Source: a virus (lineage: Duplodnaviria; Caudoviricetes). From it: a stretch of 57,925 bases of DNA. The stretch is taken from positions 1 through 57,925 of the IMG/VR virus record IMGVR_UViG_3300009160_000051. One strand, given 5' to 3'. Below the pieces are notes generated by a model that saw nothing but the letters and a program-made list of their open reading frames with translations, ran no database searches and was not told the DNA's origin. The position numbers and the translations under genes are program-made. Below, piece after piece: positions 36,127 to 45,463 of this stretch (positions are counted from its first letter, which is position 1; the number at the start of each line of letters is the position of its first letter).

Positions 36127-36353
36127 TTAATGAACACGACATAGCAGACCACGAGTGTGCACTGTATGACCTACACAAAGGTGATCACTTCGTGATTGTA
36201 GATGAAGACCTAAAGGTACCACCTGCACATGATGCAGTAGACCTAACTGCCAAGTACTGGTTCGGTCACATCGATGGCATGTACAGTTACTGTAAGGATA
36301 TGGAAGGTAACGTAGTACACTTTGCAGCATGGACTAAGGTAAAGAAAGCATGA
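36123..36353 (+). CDS. hypothetical protein
   Basis: LY.L......F.HIDGMYSYC...G.V.H.AAW. Confidence 0.6.
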   Translation: MINEHDIADHECALYDLHKGDHFVIVDEDLKVPPAHDAVDLTAKYWFGHIDGMYSYCKDMEGNVVHFAAWTKVKKA

Positions 36354-36532
36354 CCAAACTACAGACATACAGGCTGAGCTATTGCATACTAACTGCAGCA
36401 GTTGTATGGTGGTCAATTAGCATTACGAAAGATACAAGTTGCTTTGAACTCATGGCATGGTGCTTCTTCATAATCCTTGCTATGAATTGTTGGGTAGCTG
36501 ACATGCTTACGAAAGATAAAGATGGATGCTAA
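36350..36532 (+). CDS. small membrane protein
   Basis: Two hydrophobic helices, ATGA overlap. Confidence 0.5.
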   Translation: MTKLQTYRLSYCILTAAVVWWSISITKDTSCFELMAWCFFIILAMNCWVADMLTKDKDGC

Positions 36533-37292
36533 GAAACATGTAGTAGATTTAAACTTGTCCCTTGGACAGTCATACCGTGGCAGTTGTCCTGTATGTAAAA
36601 GATACAACACCTTTACTGCAATCAATGACAATGGCAAGTTGATGTGGAATTGTTATTCCCTCAATTGCAAAGCAACAGGTATGACTACCACTCACCTATC
36701 AGCAGAGGAACTACGCAAGGTAATGTTCTTAGAAGTACTACACAAGGACTTACCTATCCAGTTTGATTTACCTGACTGGGTTGTAGTGGACTATGACAAG
36801 TTACACTTACAGAATCTCTGTCGTAGGTATGAACTAGATCCACATTGGCTAGACTTGAGGTACGACATACGAGAAGATCGTATCGTATTCCCGATTAGGT
36901 TTGAAGGTAAGCTAGCTGATGCAGCAGGCAGGGCAGGGCATGCAGGTGTAACACCTAAGTGGAGAAGGTATGGTGAAGCACGAACACCCTATGTAGTGGG
37001 TGATACAGATGTAGCTATAGTCGTAGAGGATTGTATAAGTGCAGCAGTTGTAGATACGATAGGTGGCACAGGCTTCGCCCTCTTAGGTACTGCACTTCTA
37101 GAAGAACACAAGGTATTACTTGCCAAGTACCGTAAGGTTGTGGTAGCATTAGATCCTGATGCAATGAGTAAGACACTAGCGTACACCAGAGATCTTAAGG
37201 CAATTGGAATTAAAGCAATTGCATTGAAGTTACTGGATGATATTAAGTACCGTGTCCCAGATGATATAGATAGTTTGAAGAAGTTATTATAG
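36522..37292 (+). CDS. DNA primase (zinc finger + TOPRIM)
   Basis: CPVC...WNCY...C zinc finger; VVED..SA and LDPDA TOPRIM motifs. Confidence 0.88.
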   Translation: MDAKKHVVDLNLSLGQSYRGSCPVCKRYNTFTAINDNGKLMWNCYSLNCKATGMTTTHLSAEELRKVMFLEVLHKDLPIQFDLPDWVVVDYDKLHLQNLCRRYELDPHWLDLRYDIREDRIVFPIRFEGKLADAAGRAGHAGVTPKWRRYGEARTPYVVGDTDVAIVVEDCISAAVVDTIGGTGFALLGTALLEEHKVLLAKYRKVVVALDPDAMSKTLAYTRDLKAIGIKAIALKLLDDIKYRVPDDIDSLKKLL

Positions 37293-37300
37293 GAGAAAGC

Positions 37301-38524
37301 ATGGAACTTACCTTGATTAGAAGTCTGATGGATAAAGGCTTCTACGATGAGACAAGAGGTAACAGGTGTCCTGAGAAGTTGTTCACTAAAGATGTAAGAA
37401 AGATCAAAGCCATCATCGATTCAGCGATGGATCAGTATCAAAGAGATTTAACAGTAGACGAAGTACAAGCACTATTCTTTGCAGCAAACCCCACCCTCAC
37501 TACAGCACAGAAGCAAGCATACGAATTGCAGTTCAATAAGATTCGTAAGGAAGATATTATGGGTGCTGATGTTGCAACAGAAGTACTAAGCAACATGTTC
37601 CGGCAGGTAGTAGGTGAAGAGGTAGCTAACCTTGGATTCCAGTATGTCAATGGTGACCAGACTACGATGGAACCACTGAGACATATCCTTGATATGTACC
37701 AAGATGATTTCACACCAAGCATTCGTATCAAGTACGTAGACAATAGCATTGAGAACTTGATAGAGAGTGCAGCAAACAATACTAAGTGGCAGTTTAATAT
37801 CCCATCACTACACCATTCAGTCAATGGCTTAGACAATGGAATGTTATTTGTGATCGGTGCACGTAGTAACGTAGGTAAGTCTAGCTTTCACTCCACCTTA
37901 TGTGCAGGTCCTAATGGATGGGCATATCAAGGTGCAAAGATACTTGTGCTATGTAACGAAGAAAAGCCGGAGCGTGTAGCATCACGTTACATGACTGCTT
38001 GTACGGGCATGACGATCCAGCAGATCGTGTCTGACAAGATCACTGCACACAGATCATACGATCCCATCAAGGATAACTTGAAGTTTGTAGATGCAACTGG
38101 CAAGACAATGAAGTGGGCTGAGTCAGTCATCAAGAAGCACAAGCCTGACATTGTGGTACTGGACATTGGTAGCAAGTTCTCAGAGGATGGTGCTTCAACT
38201 AATAACCATGAGACACTCAAAGCTAATGCAGTCTATGCTCGTAACATCGGTAAGATCTATGGCTGCTTAGTTGTGTATTGCACACAGCTATCGGCAGAAG
38301 CAGAAGGTAAGATTGTATTGTCACAAGCAATGATTGAAGGCAGTAAGACTGGCTTAGCAGGTGAGTCAGACTTGATGATCCTCATTGCACGTAACCCACC
38401 AATGAATGATCAGACAGAGGATGATGGTATGCGTTACTTAAACATTGTGAAGAACAAGATCAGTGGCATACATCGTATTGTGAATTGTGAGTTTGACTAT
38501 CACACTGGTGCGTACTCATCATGA
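37301..38524 (+). CDS. replicative SF4 (DnaB-like) helicase
   Basis: Walker A GARSNVGKS, NEE, VVLD, TQLS, IVKNK. Confidence 0.9.
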   Translation: MELTLIRSLMDKGFYDETRGNRCPEKLFTKDVRKIKAIIDSAMDQYQRDLTVDEVQALFFAANPTLTTAQKQAYELQFNKIRKEDIMGADVATEVLSNMFRQVVGEEVANLGFQYVNGDQTTMEPLRHILDMYQDDFTPSIRIKYVDNSIENLIESAANNTKWQFNIPSLHHSVNGLDNGMLFVIGARSNVGKSSFHSTLCAGPNGWAYQGAKILVLCNEEKPERVASRYMTACTGMTIQQIVSDKITAHRSYDPIKDNLKFVDATGKTMKWAESVIKKHKPDIVVLDIGSKFSEDGASTNNHETLKANAVYARNIGKIYGCLVVYCTQLSAEAEGKIVLSQAMIEGSKTGLAGESDLMILIARNPPMNDQTEDDGMRYLNIVKNKISGIHRIVNCEFDYHTGAYSS

Positions 38525-40566
38525 TCATCACACTTGACGTTGAGAACACAATCAGCAATAGGAACAATAAGAAACACTTAGATCCCTTTGAGACTGGCAA
38601 TACACTAGTGATGGTTGGATACAAAGAGTTAGATGGTGTATCTCACATCTATACATTCGATCACTCCGAAGTTAAGGAAGATGGAGAGAAGAACCATAAG
38701 GACTTACAGGCTGTACTAGATAAGACTACCCTGATGATTGGGCATAACATCTCATACGATTTGTTATGGCTGTGGGAGTCTGGCTTTAAGTACGATGGAG
38801 AAGTCTTTGATACCATGCTAGGTGAGTACGTCTTACTGCGTGGTGTATCTATGCCATTGGACTTAGGCTCAGTTGCCATGAGGCACAAGTGTGAGGTACT
38901 TAAGCAAGACACACTGAAGGATTACTTCAAGCGTGGGTATAGCACTCGTGATATTCCACATGCAGAGTTATCACTGTACCTTGAACATGACTTAGGTTCC
39001 ACTGAAGGTATCTACAAATCTATTGTAGCTAAGCTAGAGACACCTGCTGATTCAGGATTACGTCAGACAATCGAGATGACTAACGAAGTTTCAATTGTGC
39101 TAGCTCGTATCTATCAGACAGGTATCAAGGTAGATCTCGATGCACTGGATGCAGTACGTCTTGAGTTTGAGACAGAGCGAGATGACATAGTCAAGCTGCT
39201 GCAGTCTCATGTACGTACACTCATGGGTGATACACCTATCAACCTCAATAGCCCTGAGCAGTTGTCATGGGTTGTGTACAGTCGTAAGCCTCGCAACAAA
39301 GCTGCATGGTCTACTGCTATCACACCTTACATGAAAGACACAGAGTTTAAAGAGGCAGTCAAGAAACACTTTGACTATGTGTACAGAACTAAGGCAGTTA
39401 AGTGTGCACCCTGTGATGGTAAGGGATTTAACTACAAGACTAAGAAGGATGGTAGCCCATTCAAGAAGTCTACTAAGTGTGTTACATGTAACGGTGGTGG
39501 CTTTGAATTCAAGGCAACTAAGGATGTAGCAGGATTGAAGTTCACTGCACCTAATGCTAAGTGGGCTAGTGCTAATGGCTTTGGTACATCCAAGGGTAAC
39601 CTTGAAACACTTGAGCGTGTGGCACTGTCTAAGAGTATGCCGGATGCAGTAGAGTTCTTAGGTAAGTTACGTAGACTATCAGCATTGGATAGCTACCTCA
39701 GTAACTTCGTAGAAGGCATCTCTACATTCATCAAGCCTGATGGTCTGTTACATGTACGGTTGAATCAGCACATCACTGCAACTGGTAGGTTCAGTGGGTC
39801 TAATCCTAACATGCAGAACATGCCTCGTGGTGGTACGTTCCCAGTTAAGCGTGTGTTCATATCTCGCTGGGAAGGGGGCAAGATTATGGAAGCAGACTTT
39901 GCACAGCTAGAGTTTCGTGTAGCTGCATTCCTATCCCAAGATCCTGTAGCCATGAAGGAAGTAGAGGATGGCTTTGATGTGCACTCGTATACGGCTAAGG
40001 TTATTACGGATGCAGGTCAGCCTACCTCTAGGCAGGTAGCTAAGACACACACCTTTGCCCCACTGTACGGTGCTACTGGGTATGGCAGGACACCTTCTGA
40101 AGCTGCGTACTACACACACTTCATGGAGAAGTATCAGGGCATAGCTAACTGGCACAAGGTACTAGCCAAGCAAGCATTGAATTATAAGTACATTAAAATC
40201 CCTAGCAACAGGGAGTTTGCATTCACTGAAGTACAGAGGAAACGTGATGGCACTGTGACACACTTCACTGCTATCAAGAACTATCCAGTTCAATCCTTTG
40301 CTACTGCAGACATCGTACCTTTGGCACTAGTCGAGATCTACAAAAGACTAGTCCAGTACAAGAGCAAGGTAGTAAATTCTGTCCACGATTCTATCGTTAT
40401 AGATGTTCACCCAGATGAGATAGGGGATATGGTCAGAGTAATAGATGAAGTACAGGCAGAACTTGTTGAATTGATTAATAAAAAGTGGTCAATTAATTTC
40501 AATGTTCCCCTTGCACTTGAGTCCAAATTGGGTGATAATTGGTTAGAGCAAAAAGATGTACGTTAA
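38521..40566 (+). CDS. polA: DNA polymerase family A with DnaJ-like zinc-finger insertion
   Basis: 3'-5' exonuclease DVE, GHNISYD; TGRFS..PN.QN; motif A DFAQLE; motif B RQVAKTHTFAPLYG; motif C VHDS; CAPCDGKG and CVTCNGGG. Confidence 0.95.
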   Translation: MIITLDVENTISNRNNKKHLDPFETGNTLVMVGYKELDGVSHIYTFDHSEVKEDGEKNHKDLQAVLDKTTLMIGHNISYDLLWLWESGFKYDGEVFDTMLGEYVLLRGVSMPLDLGSVAMRHKCEVLKQDTLKDYFKRGYSTRDIPHAELSLYLEHDLGSTEGIYKSIVAKLETPADSGLRQTIEMTNEVSIVLARIYQTGIKVDLDALDAVRLEFETERDDIVKLLQSHVRTLMGDTPINLNSPEQLSWVVYSRKPRNKAAWSTAITPYMKDTEFKEAVKKHFDYVYRTKAVKCAPCDGKGFNYKTKKDGSPFKKSTKCVTCNGGGFEFKATKDVAGLKFTAPNAKWASANGFGTSKGNLETLERVALSKSMPDAVEFLGKLRRLSALDSYLSNFVEGISTFIKPDGLLHVRLNQHITATGRFSGSNPNMQNMPRGGTFPVKRVFISRWEGGKIMEADFAQLEFRVAAFLSQDPVAMKEVEDGFDVHSYTAKVITDAGQPTSRQVAKTHTFAPLYGATGYGRTPSEAAYYTHFMEKYQGIANWHKVLAKQALNYKYIKIPSNREFAFTEVQRKRDGTVTHFTAIKNYPVQSFATADIVPLALVEIYKRLVQYKSKVVNSVHDSIVIDVHPDEIGDMVRVIDEVQAELVELINKKWSINFNVPLALESKLGDNWLEQKDVR

Positions 40567-40590
40567 TAAACTTTATATATAAGGAATGAT

Positions 40591-41484
40591 ATGTCAGAAA
40601 TTACATTAGCAAACAGCAGTAACTTCGCAATGATGGCAGATGCAATGGGCATGGGTGCAGACCTAGCCAAGCCAAAGAAGCAGAACAATCTTGCACGTTT
40701 AAAGCTTGATCACAAAGGTATCATGGGTGAGCAAGTTGTAAGTGGTAAGAAGAAGAAGGTTGAGATCGTAGCTGCAGGTAGCTATGTACTTGATCGTACT
40801 AACATGGAGCCAGTGTATGGCACTGATGTAACGATTCGTTTATTCAATCAGCGTTTTATGTACAAGAAATATATTCAAGGTAATGGCGATGTTAAGTCTA
40901 AGTATGTAAAGACTATCATGGCTAAGGATCTGAATGGTGACTTGCGTGATAACGATGGTGGCTTTAATTGTGGTAAGCCATCAGGTTGGATCGAAGACTA
41001 TGCTGCATTGCCACAGGAAACTAAGACACTGCTCAAGGCTATCAAGCGTGTACGTGTACTGTTCGGTGAAGTTACTATGAAGGATGCAGTCAATGCTAAG
41101 GGCGAGGCTGTAGACGGAACGGTAGCTGTACCATTTATTTGGGAGATTGATAATCGTGATGCATTCAAAACACTTGGTGCACCTATTGCACAGATGGCAA
41201 AGCAGAATCGTATCCTGCCACAGCACAATATTACGTTGGGTTCAGACGAGCAGTCTCTACCTACTGGTGCAGTATATTTCTTGCCTACTGCTGTACTGGA
41301 TCTATCTAAGACAAACGACTTGAATGATGCAGATCAAGCTATGTTTGCAGACTTCAATGCTTGGATTGATAACTACAATGAATACATTGTTAAAGAGTTC
41401 AACAAGTTATCTGTATCAGCACCAGTAGATGCAGCGTTAGCTGATGTGGTTAATGAGTTTGTAGACGTAGAAGTAGAAGCCTAA
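40591..41484 (+). CDS. putative ssDNA-binding / annealing protein
   Basis: Between PolA and the exonuclease, acidic C-terminal tail, strong RBS. Confidence 0.5.
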   Translation: MSEITLANSSNFAMMADAMGMGADLAKPKKQNNLARLKLDHKGIMGEQVVSGKKKKVEIVAAGSYVLDRTNMEPVYGTDVTIRLFNQRFMYKKYIQGNGDVKSKYVKTIMAKDLNGDLRDNDGGFNCGKPSGWIEDYAALPQETKTLLKAIKRVRVLFGEVTMKDAVNAKGEAVDGTVAVPFIWEIDNRDAFKTLGAPIAQMAKQNRILPQHNITLGSDEQSLPTGAVYFLPTAVLDLSKTNDLNDADQAMFADFNAWIDNYNEYIVKEFNKLSVSAPVDAALADVVNEFVDVEVEA

Positions 41485-42332
41485 TGAATCATCCTGCCGA
41501 ATTAAAGATACATCAGTATCTCAGTAAGGTAAGGCACGGAGATAGTACACTTAGCCCTGAAGTTGTAGAGCAGGTAGTTGAGGATGTTCGTGCTGCCCTT
41601 ACTCGGCAGTTTGTAGACAAACGTGACAATGCATTTAGCTATCGCATGTCTAACGTGGGCAGGGAATACTGCCAGTTATGGTTCGATAAGAATGAACCTG
41701 AAGCTGCAGTACCCCACTCTACAAACTTTATTATCAACATGATGATGGGTGACATAGCAGAAGCAGTGTTTAAAGGGCTTCTAACACAGGCAGGAGTAGC
41801 GTATAGCGATGGGGATATGGTGACCCTCACTGCAGGTGATCACACGATCTACGGTACACCAGATTTGATTACAGAGGGTGCTGTAGATGACGTTAAATCT
41901 GCTAGCCCTTGGTCTTATACCAATAAGTTTGTTGACTTTGAAACCCTCAATGCCAATGATTCATTCGGCTATGTAGGTCAGCTTGCTGGCTATGCTAAGG
42001 CAATGGATGTGAAGGCAGGTGGGTGGTGGGTAATCAACAAGGCTAACGGTGAGTTCAAGTACGTACCTGCTGATGGCATTGATGTAGATGCTGAGGTCAA
42101 GAAGATTGCAGCTAAAGGTGATGAGCTTAAGGCTAATACTTTTAGACGTTGCTTTGAAGCTGAGAAAGAAACCTATCGTAAGAAAGAAACAGGTAACTTA
42201 ATCTTAGGTAAGGAATGTAGTTGGTGTTCTTATAGGTACAAGTGTTGGGAAGGTTTAGAAGAACGACCATCCCTAGTATCTAAAGCTGCTAACCCACCAA
42301 TGGTGTCTTACATAAAGATTGCTGAGGCATAA
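41484..42332 (+). CDS. PD-(D/E)XK Cas4-like exonuclease
   Basis: GTPDL...DDVKS, GY..QL..Y, CSWCSYRYKCW. Confidence 0.8.
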   Translation: MNHPAELKIHQYLSKVRHGDSTLSPEVVEQVVEDVRAALTRQFVDKRDNAFSYRMSNVGREYCQLWFDKNEPEAAVPHSTNFIINMMMGDIAEAVFKGLLTQAGVAYSDGDMVTLTAGDHTIYGTPDLITEGAVDDVKSASPWSYTNKFVDFETLNANDSFGYVGQLAGYAKAMDVKAGGWWVINKANGEFKYVPADGIDVDAEVKKIAAKGDELKANTFRRCFEAEKETYRKKETGNLILGKECSWCSYRYKCWEGLEERPSLVSKAANPPMVSYIKIAEA

Positions 42333-42788
42333 GTGGCATTTGGTAAGAAGAACTTTATGCCTGCTCATGTCAAGGGATATCGCAGTGGTCTTGAAGCGAT
42401 AGTACAAGCAGACTTAGAAGAAGCTTCTATAGATGTAGAGTATGAGTCCATTAAGATTGAGTGGGAAGACTTGTGTTATAGAAGGTACACACCCGACTTC
42501 CTACTTCCTAATGGCATCATCATTGAAACAAAGGGATTGTTCACGGCTGAAGATAGACGTAAGCATACCCTAGTAAAGAAGCAACATCCAAATCTAGACA
42601 TTAGATTTGTATTCAGTAGTAGCAAACGTAAGTTAAGTAAGCAATCTAAGACTACGTATGCAGAGTGGTGCACCAAGCAAGGCTTCTTGTATGCAGATAA
42701 AAAGATACCTGAAGATTGGCTAGTAGAAAAACCTAAAAAAGAAATGCCTCTAAAATTTAATCCATACAAAGGAACCAAGCATGACTAA
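42333..42788 (+). CDS. endonuclease I / Holliday junction resolvase (T7 gp3-like)
   Basis: YRSGLE...YTPDF.LPNGIIIETKG.F...DR.KH...HP.LDIRFVF. Confidence 0.92.
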   Translation: MAFGKKNFMPAHVKGYRSGLEAIVQADLEEASIDVEYESIKIEWEDLCYRRYTPDFLLPNGIIIETKGLFTAEDRRKHTLVKKQHPNLDIRFVFSSSKRKLSKQSKTTYAEWCTKQGFLYADKKIPEDWLVEKPKKEMPLKFNPYKGTKHD

Positions 42789-43110
42789 CCCTATCAAGAA
42801 GGATGACATTGTCCTTATCATTCGACCTAACTTTGAAGGAAAGCAATGGAATGGCACAGTAGATCTGAACATGATCTGTATGCCATCGGATAGTCTAGAC
42901 GAAGAAGCATACACAGAGATTGTAGGTTTAGCTCAGGGCGTAGTGACTTGCTTTCATTTACTTAACACAGATGAGAAGTTTGGTAAGATTGTGTCTGACA
43001 AGATGGATGAGATGGTTAACTCTGGTGAACTAAAGTTTGATCCGCAGTCAGGTCTGTTTGATTCAACCTTTGATCTCACACAGTGGACACCAACACAGGG
43101 GAATGCATAA
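42781..43110 (+). CDS. hypothetical protein
   Basis: 109 aa in the replication operon. Confidence 0.6.
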   Translation: MTNPIKKDDIVLIIRPNFEGKQWNGTVDLNMICMPSDSLDEEAYTEIVGLAQGVVTCFHLLNTDEKFGKIVSDKMDEMVNSGELKFDPQSGLFDSTFDLTQWTPTQGNA

Positions 43111-43520
43111 TGGAAACACGCAAATCAATAGACGAATGTTCCGGTGAGGAGTGGAATGCTGCAGCTAAAGGGCATTGGGATTTCCTTAAGAAAGACATTA
43201 AGAAAGACAGAGTGTACGAAGAAGATCCTGTGTATTCAAAGTACGATGAAGATATCTTTGAGGGTAGTTTGTTTGATGAGGCAGATGAGGATCAAGGAGA
43301 TGTAGAGTCTGTGTACTTGATGCTTAAGGAAGAGGATGCCTTTGAACAAATCGTACAAGTGTTAGGACCATGGGATGCTATCAGCTTCTGTCATGGCACA
43401 GTGTTATCGATTCTGTTAGATAAAGAAAGCCACACTAGCTCTAGAGAAATTGAGAAAGCCAAGACATACCTTAGCCGTATGGCTCGACTGATCAATGAGA
43501 CTGAAGGGGTTAACTGGTGA
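43110..43520 (+). CDS. hypothetical protein, possibly degenerate DUF3310-like
   Basis: FCHG.V...L...IEKAK.YL.R resembles the DUF3310 C-terminus. Confidence 0.45.
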   Translation: METRKSIDECSGEEWNAAAKGHWDFLKKDIKKDRVYEEDPVYSKYDEDIFEGSLFDEADEDQGDVESVYLMLKEEDAFEQIVQVLGPWDAISFCHGTVLSILLDKESHTSSREIEKAKTYLSRMARLINETEGVNW

Positions 43521-43708
43521 GTACATCTTCCCCTATCTTTGTTGAGGTCAGGTTTGAATTAGTCTTAGACTACGACACTGCACCTCCTACTTATCAAGAC
43601 CCTGAATATCTTCAAGAGGTATTGCAAGAAGCAATTAAAGATGCTGTGTATGACTTAGGTGCAGAAGAAGTCAACGAGTTCTTTATAGAACTGGAGACGG
43701 ATATATGA
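43517..43708 (+). CDS. small acidic protein
   Basis: GTGA overlap, coupled. Confidence 0.55.
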   Translation: MSTSSPIFVEVRFELVLDYDTAPPTYQDPEYLQEVLQEAIKDAVYDLGAEEVNEFFIELETDI

Positions 43709-44151
43709 CTTCTCCCATCCGCAAACGATTTGATAGAGAACTATTCAACGAAACAGATGGGACAGCAAGAGATTCAGCCAAGAAGTATTGGATATCTTTA
43801 GGACATACAGTAGAGGATCATCCTGATAGATACGCAGTAGATTTAATTGTAGATACAGGACTAGAGACATTCTATTGTGAAGTAGAGATAAAGAAAGTAT
43901 GGAAGGGTGTAGAGTTTAAGTACGATACACTACAGATACCAGAACGTAAGTCTAAGTTTGCTAAGCTGGATAAGCCTGCATACTTTATGATATTTAATAA
44001 TGAACGTAGTCATGCATTCATATGTAGTCACACAGACCTGTTAGATTCCCCCGTAGTTGAGGTGCCTAACAAGTATGTGTACAAAGGGGAGATGTTCTTC
44101 CAAGTACCGATAGCTAAACTACAATTAGTGGAGATACCAAGTGGCACGTAA
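43705..44151 (+). CDS. putative PD-(D/E)XK nuclease-fold protein
   Basis: VDL....EVE.K..W...IPERK pattern. Confidence 0.55.
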   Translation: MTSPIRKRFDRELFNETDGTARDSAKKYWISLGHTVEDHPDRYAVDLIVDTGLETFYCEVEIKKVWKGVEFKYDTLQIPERKSKFAKLDKPAYFMIFNNERSHAFICSHTDLLDSPVVEVPNKYVYKGEMFFQVPIAKLQLVEIPSGT

Positions 44152-44722
44152 ACATGATCAGACAGCAGAAGACAGGATAGATAATCTCCTGCTGGATAGT
44201 CACATGTTCTTTCTTCATGGTGACATAGAGGAGGAGAACATAGATCGTTGTATCAAATGGATTGAATATGAAAACATTGATCCAAAAGATAAGCTACTCA
44301 CTCTCTATGTAAACACAGGTGGTGGTGAGTTGTATCAAGCACTAGCACTGATTGATATCATGAAAGCAAGTAAGCATCCTATCCGTACCATAGGACTAGG
44401 CAGCATCATGAGTGGTGGCTTCTTGATCTTTGTGTGTGGCACTAAGGGTGAGCGATACATTGCACCTAATGCAGGCATCATGTGTCATCAACTATCAGAT
44501 GACATTAACAACAAGTATCACGATATCAAGTCAGCATTCAAAGAAGTAGAGAACTGCAATGCAAGAATGATTAAGATACTGCGTGAAGCAACAGGCTTGA
44601 GTGCATTAAAGATACAAGCTAAACTCTTACCAGCAAGTGATGTATACTTGACTGCTAAGGAATTGATTCAACTTAAGGCAGCAGACTATATACTAGGAGA
44701 AGATAATGGCACAGGTGCCTGA
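44141..44722 (+). CDS. clpP: ClpP-like serine protease
   Basis: LYVNTGGG, G.IMSGG (Ser), IMCHQ (His), DVYLTA.E (Asp). Confidence 0.85.
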   Translation: MARKHDQTAEDRIDNLLLDSHMFFLHGDIEEENIDRCIKWIEYENIDPKDKLLTLYVNTGGGELYQALALIDIMKASKHPIRTIGLGSIMSGGFLIFVCGTKGERYIAPNAGIMCHQLSDDINNKYHDIKSAFKEVENCNARMIKILREATGLSALKIQAKLLPASDVYLTAKELIQLKAADYILGEDNGTGA

Positions 44723-45065
44723 TGAAGTGTTAGATAATAGTTTAGTAAAACTAAAGAGAGCACTTGGTATTGCCACTTGTGCTATGGTTGCAGCTAAAGA
44801 TTCTGAATGGTTTGACCATCGACCAGAGATCGAGTATGCTTTGTGGCAGGTGCAAGAGAATTTGTGTGATGCTATACTGGATCTTGAAGAAGAAGTAGAA
44901 CACTTTGAAATGTTCGGATCAGCAGATAGAATGAATGCTCTTGAAGAAGCAGCACAGTTAGTAGAAAGATTTAACGATGCACCCGTAGTAATACCACCCA
45001 CTGAAAGTTTTGCAACGGTCATAGCTAGGGCAATCAGGCAACTAGCTACCAACAAGGAGAGTTAA
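44706..45065 (+). CDS. hypothetical protein
   Basis: RBS AGGAG; ALEEAA...IA.AIR motif. Confidence 0.55.
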   Translation: MAQVPDEVLDNSLVKLKRALGIATCAMVAAKDSEWFDHRPEIEYALWQVQENLCDAILDLEEEVEHFEMFGSADRMNALEEAAQLVERFNDAPVVIPPTESFATVIARAIRQLATNKES

Positions 45066-45066
45066 C

Positions 45067-45327
45067 ATGAAACTAGTAATTGCTATAGCAGTAGCAGTCG
45101 CAACAGTAGGTTGCTCGTCTAGCTACTATGGTACCGAGACTAAGTTGTATGTACCTAAAAGAGCACAGCCTATGGGAAGACAAGAAGTTATTCAAGCTAT
45201 CACTGACTGTGAAGCTGCTATGACTAGACCTATTCTGATTATGGGTAAACAAAGAATCAATGATTGGGATACCGACATTGTCTTGAATGTTACCTGTGCC
45301 CCTATGAGACAGGCATACTATAAATAA
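45067..45327 (+). CDS. small lipoprotein
   Basis: MK plus hydrophobic stretch plus VGC lipobox-like site; two further Cys. Confidence 0.6.
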   Translation: MKLVIAIAVAVATVGCSSSYYGTETKLYVPKRAQPMGRQEVIQAITDCEAAMTRPILIMGKQRINDWDTDIVLNVTCAPMRQAYYK

Positions 45328-45359
45328 TTCCAATAAAAACAAAGAGATACAAAGGCAGT

Positions 45360-45387
45360 TGCTTTAGGTGGAATTTTAAGTATAACT
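45360..45387 (+). promoter_or_regulatory. possible promoter for the RNR gene
   Basis: TTGCTT-N16-TATAACT, same spacing as the capsid promoter. Confidence 0.45.
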
Positions 45388-45401
45388 AAAGTCCCCCCAC
45401 G

Positions 45402-45434
45402 GGAGTACAGATTCTACTGTGCTCCTATTTTTTT
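45402..45434 (+). terminator. terminator-like stem-loop upstream of RNR
   Basis: GGAGTACAG-ATTCTA-CTGTGCTCC followed by TATTTTTTT. Confidence 0.55.
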
Positions 45435-45463
45435 CAACAAAATCAACAACATAGGTATACTTC

